A DNA stretch of 44,691 nt from Thermoplasmata archaeon. GTDB taxonomy: Archaea; Thermoplasmatota; Thermoplasmata; Lutacidiplasmatales; UBA184. Location: positions 1 to 44,691 of the forward strand of contig JAKIWX010000004.1 in assembly GCA_022749845.1 (NCBI GenBank). Reading direction: 5' to 3'. A program made the translations under genes and the position numbers. Each line of letters begins with the position of its first letter. The first letter of the stretch is position 1. Positions 1 to 8,056 of the stretch are shown here, in pieces. The notes under the pieces were generated by a model, which saw only the letters and a list, made by a program, of their open reading frames with translations, was not told the DNA's origin and searched no databases.

Positions 1-742
1 AGCGAACGCCGCCGCCTACAACGCCGCGGGAGTGAAGGCCATCTTCCAGGGAGGGGAGGCGGCCTCGGTCGCCGAGGCTTCCTTCAACGCGGCGTCCAAT
101 TTTGAGACCGCTCGGGGGAAGAGGAGCCTCCGCGTCGTCTCCTGCAACACGACCGGGATCGCTCGAGCCGCCGCCCTCCTTCGGGGAAAGTACGGAGTTT
201 CCGAGTGGGAGGCGACGATTGTCCGGCGGGCGGCCGACCCCTCCGAGAGCGACCGTGGGCCCATCAACGGGATCCTTCCGAACTTCAAGCTCCCCTCCCA
301 CCACGGCCCGGACGTGAAAACCATCTTCCCGGACCTTCGGATCTCGACCCTCGCCGTCGTGGTCCCGACGACCCTCATGCACATCCATGTGAACCACGTC
401 CGTCTTGAGCGCCCGCCGTCGACCGTGGGGGAGGTGGTCGAGGCGTTCCGCTCGACTCGCCGGTTCCATCTCTTCCGGCGCTGGGAACAGGTCGCCGGTA
501 CCCCCCAGGTCATGGAGTACGCGCGCGACCGCGGTGGGCGGAGGCCGGACATGATGGAGAACGTACTGTGGGAGGAGGGCATCTCGCTCCAAGGAAACGA
601 GCTCCGGTTCTTCCAGGCGATCCACCAGGAATCGATCGTGGTGCCAGAGAACGTGGACGCGGTTCGGGCGATGTTCGAGCTTGCGCCGGATGCGGCTACG
701 TCCATGGCACGGACGGACGAACACCTCGCGAGCGCGCGCTGA
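1..742 (+). CDS. gap: Type II (archaeal) glyceraldehyde-3-phosphate dehydrogenase, 5' end outside the window
   Basis: Motifs AIFQGGE, VVSCNTTG (catalytic Cys), RRAADP, PSHHGPDV and QAIHQESIVVPENVDAVRA. Confidence 0.95.
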   Translation, partial: ANAAAYNAAGVKAIFQGGEAASVAEASFNAASNFETARGKRSLRVVSCNTTGIARAAALLRGKYGVSEWEATIVRRAADPSESDRGPINGILPNFKLPSHHGPDVKTIFPDLRISTLAVVVPTTLMHIHVNHVRLERPPSTVGEVVEAFRSTRRFHLFRRWEQVAGTPQVMEYARDRGGRRPDMMENVLWEEGISLQGNELRFFQAIHQESIVVPENVDAVRAMFELAPDAATSMARTDEHLASAR

Positions 743-783
743 CCATCGGGTACCGCCCGGATAGGAAGCATCGAACCCCACGG

Positions 784-955
784 GAGTTCCGTCTCCGCCG
801 GATCGGGCAGAACTAAGGAGCTACTTCGGCATCTCGGCGTCGACGGCGGGGAGGAATCAACTCTACTTGTTGGATTCATTCCGAGACCCTTGGGCCGCGG
901 CGTCCTCCCCCGGGATGCTGCCCTGGCCGTGGGTCCCGGCCGGGGGCGTGGTCTC
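784..955 (+). ncRNA. Candidate structured non-coding RNA of unknown family
   Basis: Long imperfect hairpin 784-863 followed by a three-way junction 883-955. G-U pairs favour the + strand. No credible ORF covers it. Confidence 0.3.
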
Positions 956-1000
956 TTGAGGCGGAGAAGACCCTAGCTGGGGGCCGACTGCTCGCTCAGC

Positions 1001-1798
1001 TCAGCTTAGGCGTCGCGCGTAGTACCAATAGCTAATCATCCGGCCCTCTGCGGAAGCCGAGCGGTCCACAGCGGCCACTGAAGCTCCAGCGTTCGCAAGG
1101 CAGGCCGCTAGAATCTTGGGCGGTGTCCAGTAGACTTCCCAAGTAGTCCCGAGTTGCCTTCCCAGGGGCCTGCGCAAGCGCCCTAAGTAGCGATGCAGCA
1201 CACTCACTAGTGCTGGGGGGAAGGCGCGTAGCCAGCGGACAGTGGTATCGCCGTGAGCCTGGAACACAATGGTTCCCCCCGGAGCTGTAACTCGAACGAG
1301 TTCCCTGATGTAGCGTTCCTGGAGCCATCGAGGGAAGTGTTGGAGCACAAAGACCGAAAACGTCAACGAAAACCTTCCGCTTTCGAAGAGACGCAAGTCG
1401 GGGAACTCGGTGGTCGTGAAGGCGCAACGAGATCCGCGACGATTCAGCTCTCGCGCGAGCACGGCCATCGCTGGGGACTGGTCTAGACCGACTACCGACT
1501 CGAAGCACGAGGCCAGAGCTTGAGCTACCCGACCGGGACCGCAGCCAAAGTCCAGCGCTTCCCCTCCCTCGAACCGAAGTCCTAACTGGACTGCGCGGTC
1601 TCGCGCTTCGTCGACTATCTTCTCTCCCGACAGTAGGAACCTCTCGACGCTTGCACCCCTGGAGCCAGAGCCGAAGGGGCCGACCGCCCACTCGCGCGCA
1701 CTAGTGCCGAGCGCTAGCCACTCCCGGGTGATTCGACGGAAAGCGCGGAGCTGCCGTGGGGGGAGAGGGGCATCGACGGATCTCCAGTTCCGAACCAC
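1001..1798 (-). CDS. Class I SAM-dependent methyltransferase (start uncertain; GTG 1798 assumed)
   Basis: Motif I ALDFGCGPGR, post-I GLDQSPAM, FSLTFSVFVLQH and RVTAPGG. Confidence 0.8.
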   Translation of the reverse strand: MVRNWRSVDAPLPPRQLRAFRRITREWLALGTSAREWAVGPFGSGSRGASVERFLLSGEKIVDEARDRAVQLGLRFEGGEALDFGCGPGRVAQALASCFESVVGLDQSPAMAVLARELNRRGSRCAFTTTEFPDLRLFESGRFSLTFSVFVLQHFPRWLQERYIRELVRVTAPGGTIVFQAHGDTTVRWLRAFPPALVSVLHRYLGRLRRPLGRQLGTTWEVYWTPPKILAACLANAGASVAAVDRSASAEGRMISYWYYARRLS

Positions 1799-2236
1799 AC
1801 CCGATTGAATGCGACTTTGACCATAGTCCTGGCGATTCTGTGGAAACAGGACCACCAGCCCGCTCAGCGGGATCGGGCCTAGATCGGAGCATTTCTCACG
1901 CCGTTCGCGGAGCGGCGTCATCAGACAACGCGAGCTGGGGGAGTCGATCACGTACTGGCCGCAACCTGTCCAAGCTCCGGAGCGAGTAGCCAGGAACCAG
2001 TGAAGCGCCTGACAGCGTCCGGTTGCGGGCTCGAAGCTAGGAACGGTCGTCGGGCTCGCTCGGTCGGCCGAACTGCCCTCAGCATGTGAGCCGCTAGCAG
2101 GAGCCCAGGCAGACCCGATTCCGTCACCCGGCCCCCGAGGAGAGGACCGGTTACCTACCGAGCCACCGGTATGCTCCCAAAGCCCCCGACGTCGATATTT
2201 CAATATACCTTGACTTAGGCTCATCGACGGGCCCCC

Positions 2237-5191
2237 ATGAGCAACATTCACGAGCCTCCGCGTGCGTGGCGAACTCTGACCCGCTCACCCGCACACCTCG
2301 GAGCTGTCCTTGCCGTGGTCGTGACGGGAATGCTCCTCCTCTCCTCCGGCCCCTCGGCCCAGGGAAGCTCCTCGCTCCGCCCTGGGGCCGTGCGGGACGC
2401 GCCCCTCTCGACAGCCCGTTCGCCGGCCGATACCCCCCACGCCTCCCCGGCCCACTACGCTCCCCCCTCGAGCTTCGTCGGCCCCTTCAACGGCACGCGC
2501 TTCAACGCGAGCTGGGACGAGATCGCTGGGGTCGGCGGAAGCACGTCGTGGGAGGTCGTGGACCCGTCGACCCACACCGTCTATGGATCGAACATCCTCG
2601 GTGGGTTCGTGAGCGCTTGGTCGGAGATGACCGGGCAGCTCTTGCGCGAATCCCCTGTCCTAGTCCACTCTCAGGGTGGCAGCGAGCTCGCCGGCCTCGC
2701 GATCGACCCGGCCCACCACCGTCTGTGGACGGCTGGACTAGAGGGAGGGGGCGGCGGGACGCTCACCATGCTCAACGAGACGACGCTCGTGCCCATCCTC
2801 AACGTATCGCTTCCAAACACGTACCACTCTCTCCCGGAATTCCTCAGCTACGACCCGTCTACCTTGAGCCTGTACGCCCGCGATCAGGGTCATGGGAACG
2901 TGACCTCCTTCAACGCCGCCACCTTGACCTTACAGAACAGCTGGGTCTGCGGCCCGTGCCAGGTGTGGCCCCAGACCCTCCTTCCCGCGCAGAATCTGCT
3001 TCTCGTACCGACCGGTGGACAGAACCTAAGCGTGCTGAACGCCTCGACGCTGCTGCTCGTCCGCAACCTCACCGACCCCATCCCGACCTTCGGGTCGACC
3101 ACCGCGGACTACGACCCGCTGTCTGGGCTCGTGTGGGTGGCGAACAAGAGCACCGCCTCCACCCCCATGGCAGAGTTCAACCTCGCCACGGGCTCGTACG
3201 TCGGCCCAATCGGGACAGGAGTACCCGCCAGTTTCGACATGGTCTACGACCCCCACAGCAACGTATTCGCGGTCGATGGAAGGGTGACCCCCCTCACATT
3301 GACCACGTACAACGCGACGACGGGGAGCGTGGTGGGGCACTACAGCCGCCCCGACCTTCCCCTACTGTCCGAGGCCTTCATGCTCGCCTTGGACCCCAGC
3401 ACGGACGGCGTCGTCGTAGGTTCGTTCGAAGGGAGTCTCGCCGTCGTCCTTTCCCTACCGACCCTGTCGGTCGTGGGCTCGGCCCCGGAGTTCGCCCTGG
3501 AGGGCACCACCTCGGCCTCCGACCCGGCGGCGGGCCTGTACTACTCGCTGGGGATTGCCCCCAGCGACCTCGTCGCGCGCCACTGGTCCAACGGCTCGAT
3601 CGCGTGGACCGAGACCCTCTCGAACCAGTTTTCGGTATCCCTCTTCGGCATGGCGGCGGACCCGGGTCTCGATCGGTTGTACGTGTCCAACGGAACCCTC
3701 CCCGGGTTCGAGGTGCTCAACGCGACCACGGGCGCGCCCGTTGGCGCTATCCCTCTCGCCCCCACCTTCAGCTTCTCCTATGTGACCATCGACTCGGTCC
3801 ACCACTGGCTCTACGCCGTGAACGGCTCGGGAAACGTCACTGTCGTCAGTACCCAATCCGGCATCCCGATCGGCACGGTGACGGCCCCGCTCGGTGCGAC
3901 GTGCGGGGGTGCCGCGGTGGCGGACAGCGTCACGGAGAGCGCCTACGTGCAGAACTGCACGAGCGCCACCGGCACGATCTACAGCATTAACGGGAGCTCG
4001 GCGACCCTCGGGCCCCGCCAGTGGCATATCGGGGGGAACCTGAACGGTGGACTGGCACTCGACCCGGTGCGTCAGATGCTCTACGTGGGAGGGGGCCTTC
4101 CGTACAACGTGACGGTGATACCGGTGCGCACTGCGGGCCCACCCTCCATGTTCCTCACGGGGGGCCAGGCGCCGGGCTACCTCGCGGTAGACCCTAACGC
4201 CGGCCTCGTCATTCTTTCCAACGTCAGTTCGGCGCACGCCTCCGTCTACAGCACCGCCACCCAGACCTTCCTGGGGACGATCCCCGTGCGACTCTCCTTG
4301 GGCGCGCTTGCGAACCCATCCGACGGCGCGTTCGTCATCAACCAGGCGCTCGACGGCTCCAACGTGCTCGTGCGCCCGCTCACGATCCCCGACGCTCCCA
4401 CCGCGCTCACCCTGGTCGCCGGGAACACCACCCTCTCGGCCTCCTGGAGCGCGGTCGGCGCCGCGGGTGCTGGTAACGCGACGATCACCGGATACACCGC
4501 CTCGCTCGGGTCGAGCGGGACCGGGCCGTGGACCGCGAACCTTTCCGTGAGCCAACCCAATGCGACCTTCACCCACCTCAACGACGGGACCACGTACTTC
4601 GTGACGGTCACCTCGCACACCGTGGCGGGGACGAGCCCGCCCGCCCCTCCCGCCTCCGCCGTGCCCGTCGGCGTACCCTACCCGCCGACCGCGGTCGCGG
4701 CCACCACGACCGGCAGCTCCTCGCTCCGGGTGAGCTGGAACGCGCCGTCCTCGACCGACGGCGCGCCGGTCCGCAACTACACGGTCGATTTCGCCACGAG
4801 CAGCGCGGGGCCGTGGACTGCCCTGAGCGCCGGCACAGCGCTCAACGTGAGCCTCACGGGACTCAAGGCGTCGACGAACTACACCGTGTTCGTCACGGCG
4901 TGGAATTCGGTCGGGGCCGGCAACGCGAGCGCCCGTGCGACGGCCAGCACCTCGGCGCCCGCGTCCACCAGCTCCTCGCCCCTCGGTGGCTGGCTCCTCT
5001 GGGCGGTCCTTGCCTTGGTGGCGTTGGTCGCGGTGGTCGCAGCGGTCCTGCTGCTCCGCCGGCGACCGAAGGGCCCGCCTCCCGGCTCGCCCGCACCCGG
5101 GAGCGCGGGCGGTGCTCCTGCTACGAGCTACGAGAACGTCCCGCCGGGCGTGGCGGGACCCCCACCGGGCGCTCCGCCGCCCGCCGCGTAG
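2237..5191 (+). CDS. Membrane-anchored surface protein: signal peptide, YVTN/YncE-like beta-propeller repeats, two fibronectin type III domains, C-terminal TM helix and Pro-rich tail
   Basis: N-terminal hydrophobic stretch; repeated (Y/V/L)DP...LYV.N blades; FN3 patterns (PDAPT..L..SW...Y...L..GTTY.V.V and PYPPT...VSW...L.ASTNY.V.V.A.N); TM followed by RRRPK; many N-x-S/T sequons. Confidence 0.85.
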   Translation: MSNIHEPPRAWRTLTRSPAHLGAVLAVVVTGMLLLSSGPSAQGSSSLRPGAVRDAPLSTARSPADTPHASPAHYAPPSSFVGPFNGTRFNASWDEIAGVGGSTSWEVVDPSTHTVYGSNILGGFVSAWSEMTGQLLRESPVLVHSQGGSELAGLAIDPAHHRLWTAGLEGGGGGTLTMLNETTLVPILNVSLPNTYHSLPEFLSYDPSTLSLYARDQGHGNVTSFNAATLTLQNSWVCGPCQVWPQTLLPAQNLLLVPTGGQNLSVLNASTLLLVRNLTDPIPTFGSTTADYDPLSGLVWVANKSTASTPMAEFNLATGSYVGPIGTGVPASFDMVYDPHSNVFAVDGRVTPLTLTTYNATTGSVVGHYSRPDLPLLSEAFMLALDPSTDGVVVGSFEGSLAVVLSLPTLSVVGSAPEFALEGTTSASDPAAGLYYSLGIAPSDLVARHWSNGSIAWTETLSNQFSVSLFGMAADPGLDRLYVSNGTLPGFEVLNATTGAPVGAIPLAPTFSFSYVTIDSVHHWLYAVNGSGNVTVVSTQSGIPIGTVTAPLGATCGGAAVADSVTESAYVQNCTSATGTIYSINGSSATLGPRQWHIGGNLNGGLALDPVRQMLYVGGGLPYNVTVIPVRTAGPPSMFLTGGQAPGYLAVDPNAGLVILSNVSSAHASVYSTATQTFLGTIPVRLSLGALANPSDGAFVINQALDGSNVLVRPLTIPDAPTALTLVAGNTTLSASWSAVGAAGAGNATITGYTASLGSSGTGPWTANLSVSQPNATFTHLNDGTTYFVTVTSHTVAGTSPPAPPASAVPVGVPYPPTAVAATTTGSSSLRVSWNAPSSTDGAPVRNYTVDFATSSAGPWTALSAGTALNVSLTGLKASTNYTVFVTAWNSVGAGNASARATASTSAPASTSSSPLGGWLLWAVLALVALVAVVAAVLLLRRRPKGPPPGSPAPGSAGGAPATSYENVPPGVAGPPPGAPPPAA

Positions 5192-5260
5192 GCCCGGCGT
5201 TGTGCGCCTCGGGCTTCGCCTCGCAAGGATGATATAGGTCATCTCGGTCGGCGGCGCGCG

Positions 5261-5932
5261 ATGTATTATCTCGACGAACGGCGGGACGTGGTCCGCATCC
5301 CGCCCGACCGTCTCGGGCTCAAGCTGGAGACCGCCATCTCCGAGCTCGCCCAGCAGCAGTTCGAGGGCAAGCTCGTCGACGGCCAGAACCTCACGGTCAC
5401 GATCCAGGACGTGAAGCCGCTCGGCGAGGGCCACATCATCCACGGGGACGGCGGCGTCTACCAGGAGGTCGAGTACCGCGCCCTCCTCTTCCGACCCGAG
5501 CTCCAGGAGGTCGTCGAGGGGGCCGTCGTCGAGATTCGGAAGTTCGGTGCGTTCGTGCGGTTCGGCCCGCTCGACGGACTCCTCCACGTCTCCCAGATCA
5601 TGGACGATCGCGTGAACATCGACGAGCACAACCAGCGGCTCGTCGGCGTCGAAACGAAGCGCGACCTCAAGGTCGGCTACAAGGTCCGCGCCCGGATCGT
5701 CTCCCTCTCGCTCTCCGAGATCTCGCCCCGCGACAGCCGCATCGGCCTCACCATGCGCCAGCCCGGGCTCGGCCGGCTCGAGTGGATCGTCGAGGCGCAC
5801 AAGAAGGCGGAGGAGAAGTCCGGCAAGAAGCCTGCCGGCAAGAAGGAGGCCGCCCCCGCCAAGCCCGCGGTGAAGCCGCCGACGAAGCCGGTGGCGAAGC
5901 CCGCCGCAGCTACGGGGAGTGCCGCCGCATGA
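5261..5932 (+). CDS. rpoE1: DNA-directed RNA polymerase subunit E' (Rpo7)
   Basis: GEGHIIHGDGG, FGAFVRFGPLDGLLHVSQIMDD and RIGLTMRQPGLG; standard operon context. Confidence 0.97.
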   Translation: MYYLDERRDVVRIPPDRLGLKLETAISELAQQQFEGKLVDGQNLTVTIQDVKPLGEGHIIHGDGGVYQEVEYRALLFRPELQEVVEGAVVEIRKFGAFVRFGPLDGLLHVSQIMDDRVNIDEHNQRLVGVETKRDLKVGYKVRARIVSLSLSEISPRDSRIGLTMRQPGLGRLEWIVEAHKKAEEKSGKKPAGKKEAAPAKPAVKPPTKPVAKPAAATGSAAA

Positions 5933-6114
5933 TGAGCCTCAAGGCCTGCAAGAACTGCCACACCGTCACGGACCTTGCGAAGTGCCCGAAGTGCGGGGGC
6001 GAGACCTCGCGGGAGTGGCAAGGCTACCTCCTCGTCATCGACCCCGACAAGTCAGAGATCGCCCGGAAGCTCGGAATCCATGCCGCGGGCCGGTACGCGC
6101 TCCGGGTCAAGTGA
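5929..6114 (+). CDS. spt4: Transcription elongation factor Spt4 (RpoE'')
   Basis: KACKNC...CPKCG Zn ribbon, W.G..LVIDP..SEIA and GRYALRV; ATGA overlap with rpoE1. Confidence 0.95.
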   Translation: MMSLKACKNCHTVTDLAKCPKCGGETSREWQGYLLVIDPDKSEIARKLGIHAAGRYALRVK

Positions 6115-6637
6115 GGAGCGCGTCTGGGTCGTCCCCGAGGCGCTCCGGCCGACCCTCGCGGAACGGTACGGCCCGGTGTTCTCGGGGAAGGAAGCCGAGG
6201 ACCGCATCCGCCACCTCGGCATCTTCGGCAGCTGCGGCGATCGCGTGACCGCGCTCGCGCTTGCCGTTGGGAACCCCCCGCTCGTGGGGATCGTGGACTA
6301 CACGACGCGGCGGCACGAGGCGATTCCGAAGTCGGCGTTCTCGGCGCTCCGGTCGCGCCGCGTGGTCCAGGTGAAGAACCCCGCCGGCACCCTGACCGAG
6401 TCGCTGCGCCGCGCCGTGCGCGAGCTCCTGCTCGCGGGAGGCGGGCTCATCGAAGTCGACGGCGAGGAGGATCTAGGGTCGCTCGCTCTCGTCGAAGCGC
6501 TCCCGCTCGGGGCCACAGTTATATACGGTATCCCGGGTGCGGGGGTCTCGTTTGTTACGGTGGATGCCGTCGCGAAAGAGCACGTGCGGGCGCTCGTTGC
6601 GCAGATGGAACTGAGGAGGGTAGGGCGTGGAAGTTAA
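6080..6637 (+). CDS. DUF359 family GTP-dependent dephospho-CoA kinase
   Basis: GDRVT, IVDYTTRR, VKNPAGTL, VDGEEDL and YGIPGAG; conserved position between spt4 and rps24e. The nearest in-frame ATG (6080) lies inside spt4. Confidence 0.88.
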   Translation: MPRAGTRSGSSEERVWVVPEALRPTLAERYGPVFSGKEAEDRIRHLGIFGSCGDRVTALALAVGNPPLVGIVDYTTRRHEAIPKSAFSALRSRRVVQVKNPAGTLTESLRRAVRELLLAGGGLIEVDGEEDLGSLALVEALPLGATVIYGIPGAGVSFVTVDAVAKEHVRALVAQMELRRVGRGS

Positions 6638-7163
6638 GGTGCTCGAGGAGCGAAAGAATCCGCTCCTGAAGCGCACCGAACTTCTGTTCGAAGTGGCCCA
6701 TCCTGGTGGCGCTAGCCCGCGCCGTTCCGAGGTCCAGGGGGAGCTCGCGAAGCAGCTCAAGGTACCGAAGGAGCGTCTCATCGTCGAATCGATGCACGCG
6801 CGCTTCGGCATCGCCCAAACGCGCGGGGAGGCACTCGTCTACGCCACGAATGAGGCCCGCGACCGCGTCACGCGCGAGCACATCCTAATTCGAAACGGGC
6901 TCAAGGAGAAGAAGTCGGCCACTCCTCCCACACCGGAAGCCGCTCCGACGGCCCCCGAGCCAGCTGCAGCCGCGAAACCCGAGACGAAGCCCGAGCCCGC
7001 GCCCGAGGTGAAGGCCGAGAAGCCGGCCGAGCCGAAGTCGGAGGCAAGCCACGCTCCCAAGGCCGAGAAGAAAGGGGAGAAGAAGGGCGAGAAGAGGGCC
7101 GACGCAAAGGCCGAGGGCAAGCCCGATACCAAGGCATCTCCAAAGCCTCCGAAGGAGACGTAA
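6627..7163 (+). CDS. rps24e: 30S ribosomal protein S24e with long Lys/Glu/Pro/Ala-rich C-terminal extension
   Basis: NPLLKRTE, HPGGASP.R, FG...T.G.A.VY and EHILIRN. Confidence 0.95.
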   Translation: MEVKVLEERKNPLLKRTELLFEVAHPGGASPRRSEVQGELAKQLKVPKERLIVESMHARFGIAQTRGEALVYATNEARDRVTREHILIRNGLKEKKSATPPTPEAAPTAPEPAAAAKPETKPEPAPEVKAEKPAEPKSEASHAPKAEKKGEKKGEKRADAKAEGKPDTKASPKPPKET

Positions 7164-7165
7164 CG

Positions 7166-7459
7166 ATGGGCAAGGCCCGCGTCGACTTCTACGCAGCGAA
7201 GGGGGAGACGCTCACCCGCACGCACCGTAGCTGTCCGAAGTGCGGCCCCGGCATCTTCCTAGCCGAACATGCTTCGCGCCGGTCCTGCGGCCGGTGCGGC
7301 TACATGGAGTCGAAGGCGGAAACCAAGACCGAGATTAAGGCCGAGACCAAGGTCGAGGGGAAGCCGCCCGTTCCCAAGGGCAAGCCTACCCCGAAGTCGG
7401 GATCGGCCCCGACCCCTCTGGCGCCCAAGTCCAGTGCACCCCCATCGCCCCCCGCCTAG
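7166..7459 (+). CDS. rps27ae: 30S ribosomal protein S27ae with low-complexity C-terminal extension
   Basis: CPKCGPGIFLAEH..R.SCGRCGY. Confidence 0.95.
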   Translation: MGKARVDFYAAKGETLTRTHRSCPKCGPGIFLAEHASRRSCGRCGYMESKAETKTEIKAETKVEGKPPVPKGKPTPKSGSAPTPLAPKSSAPPSPPA

Positions 7460-7569
7460 TCGGGATCAGGGGAGCTCAGTCCCCGCAAGGATCTCCCAAA
7501 CATCGCCGACGGGACTCGGACCTCCGCAATCCTTACCTTTCTCGCAGATTGCGAGCGCCGCCGAGAGTC

Positions 7570-7643
7570 GGGCCCGTAGTATAGCTTGGATATCACAGAG
7601 GCCTCCGGAGCCTCGAACCCGGGTTCGAATCCCGGCGGGCCCG
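7570..7643 (+). tRNA. tRNA-Arg(CCG), CCA not encoded
   Basis: Acceptor stem GGGCCCG/CGGGCCC, anticodon stem GAGGC/GCCTC with CCG at 7605-7607, T-arm CCGGG-TTCGAAT-CCCGG. Confidence 0.95.
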
Positions 7644-8056
7644 TACACCCTACAATAGAACAAGCGGATCTGTCACCCGGCCGGGTCGGTCGACCATACC
7701 CGCTCCGGTCTAGCCGGCCACACGCACGGAGGGCGATGAACCGCGGGTCCGGGGCACTACCTCGTGGTCGGCCCCCTCAAACTTCGATGGTTGGCCAGGG
7801 CCCACCCTGTTGCCCTGTCCCAAGGCTGGATTTTCCCCCCTCAACCATATTTGGCGTGAACCCCGACCGGGAAGCGCTCCGGAGGGGGGTTTATCAGGGA
7901 AGGGATCGCGCGGCCTAAACACTTCAACCCGCCGTGGGGGGGGCGCCAGCACCGAGGGCGGTCGACGAGTCGTTCGCTCCGCTCCGACCGCGGGAGGGCG
8001 GTGGCCCATTCTCGCCGAGTAAGCTCATCCCTCCGGATCAACTGAGGGCATTCCGA

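Noticed and set aside
743-1000. SRP RNA or RNase P RNA
   Set aside because: No SRP helix-8 (CCAGG...GGAA...AGCAG) or RNase P P4 (GAGGAAAGUCC) signature on either strand.
3455-5800. Long antisense or alternative-frame ORFs (for example 3455-5800, 2266-3990, 16062-17543, 25767-27230, 30500-31954, 35525-38155)
   Set aside because: Shadow ORFs expected in high-GC DNA. They are Arg/Pro/Gly-rich or antisense to well-supported genes and show no motifs.
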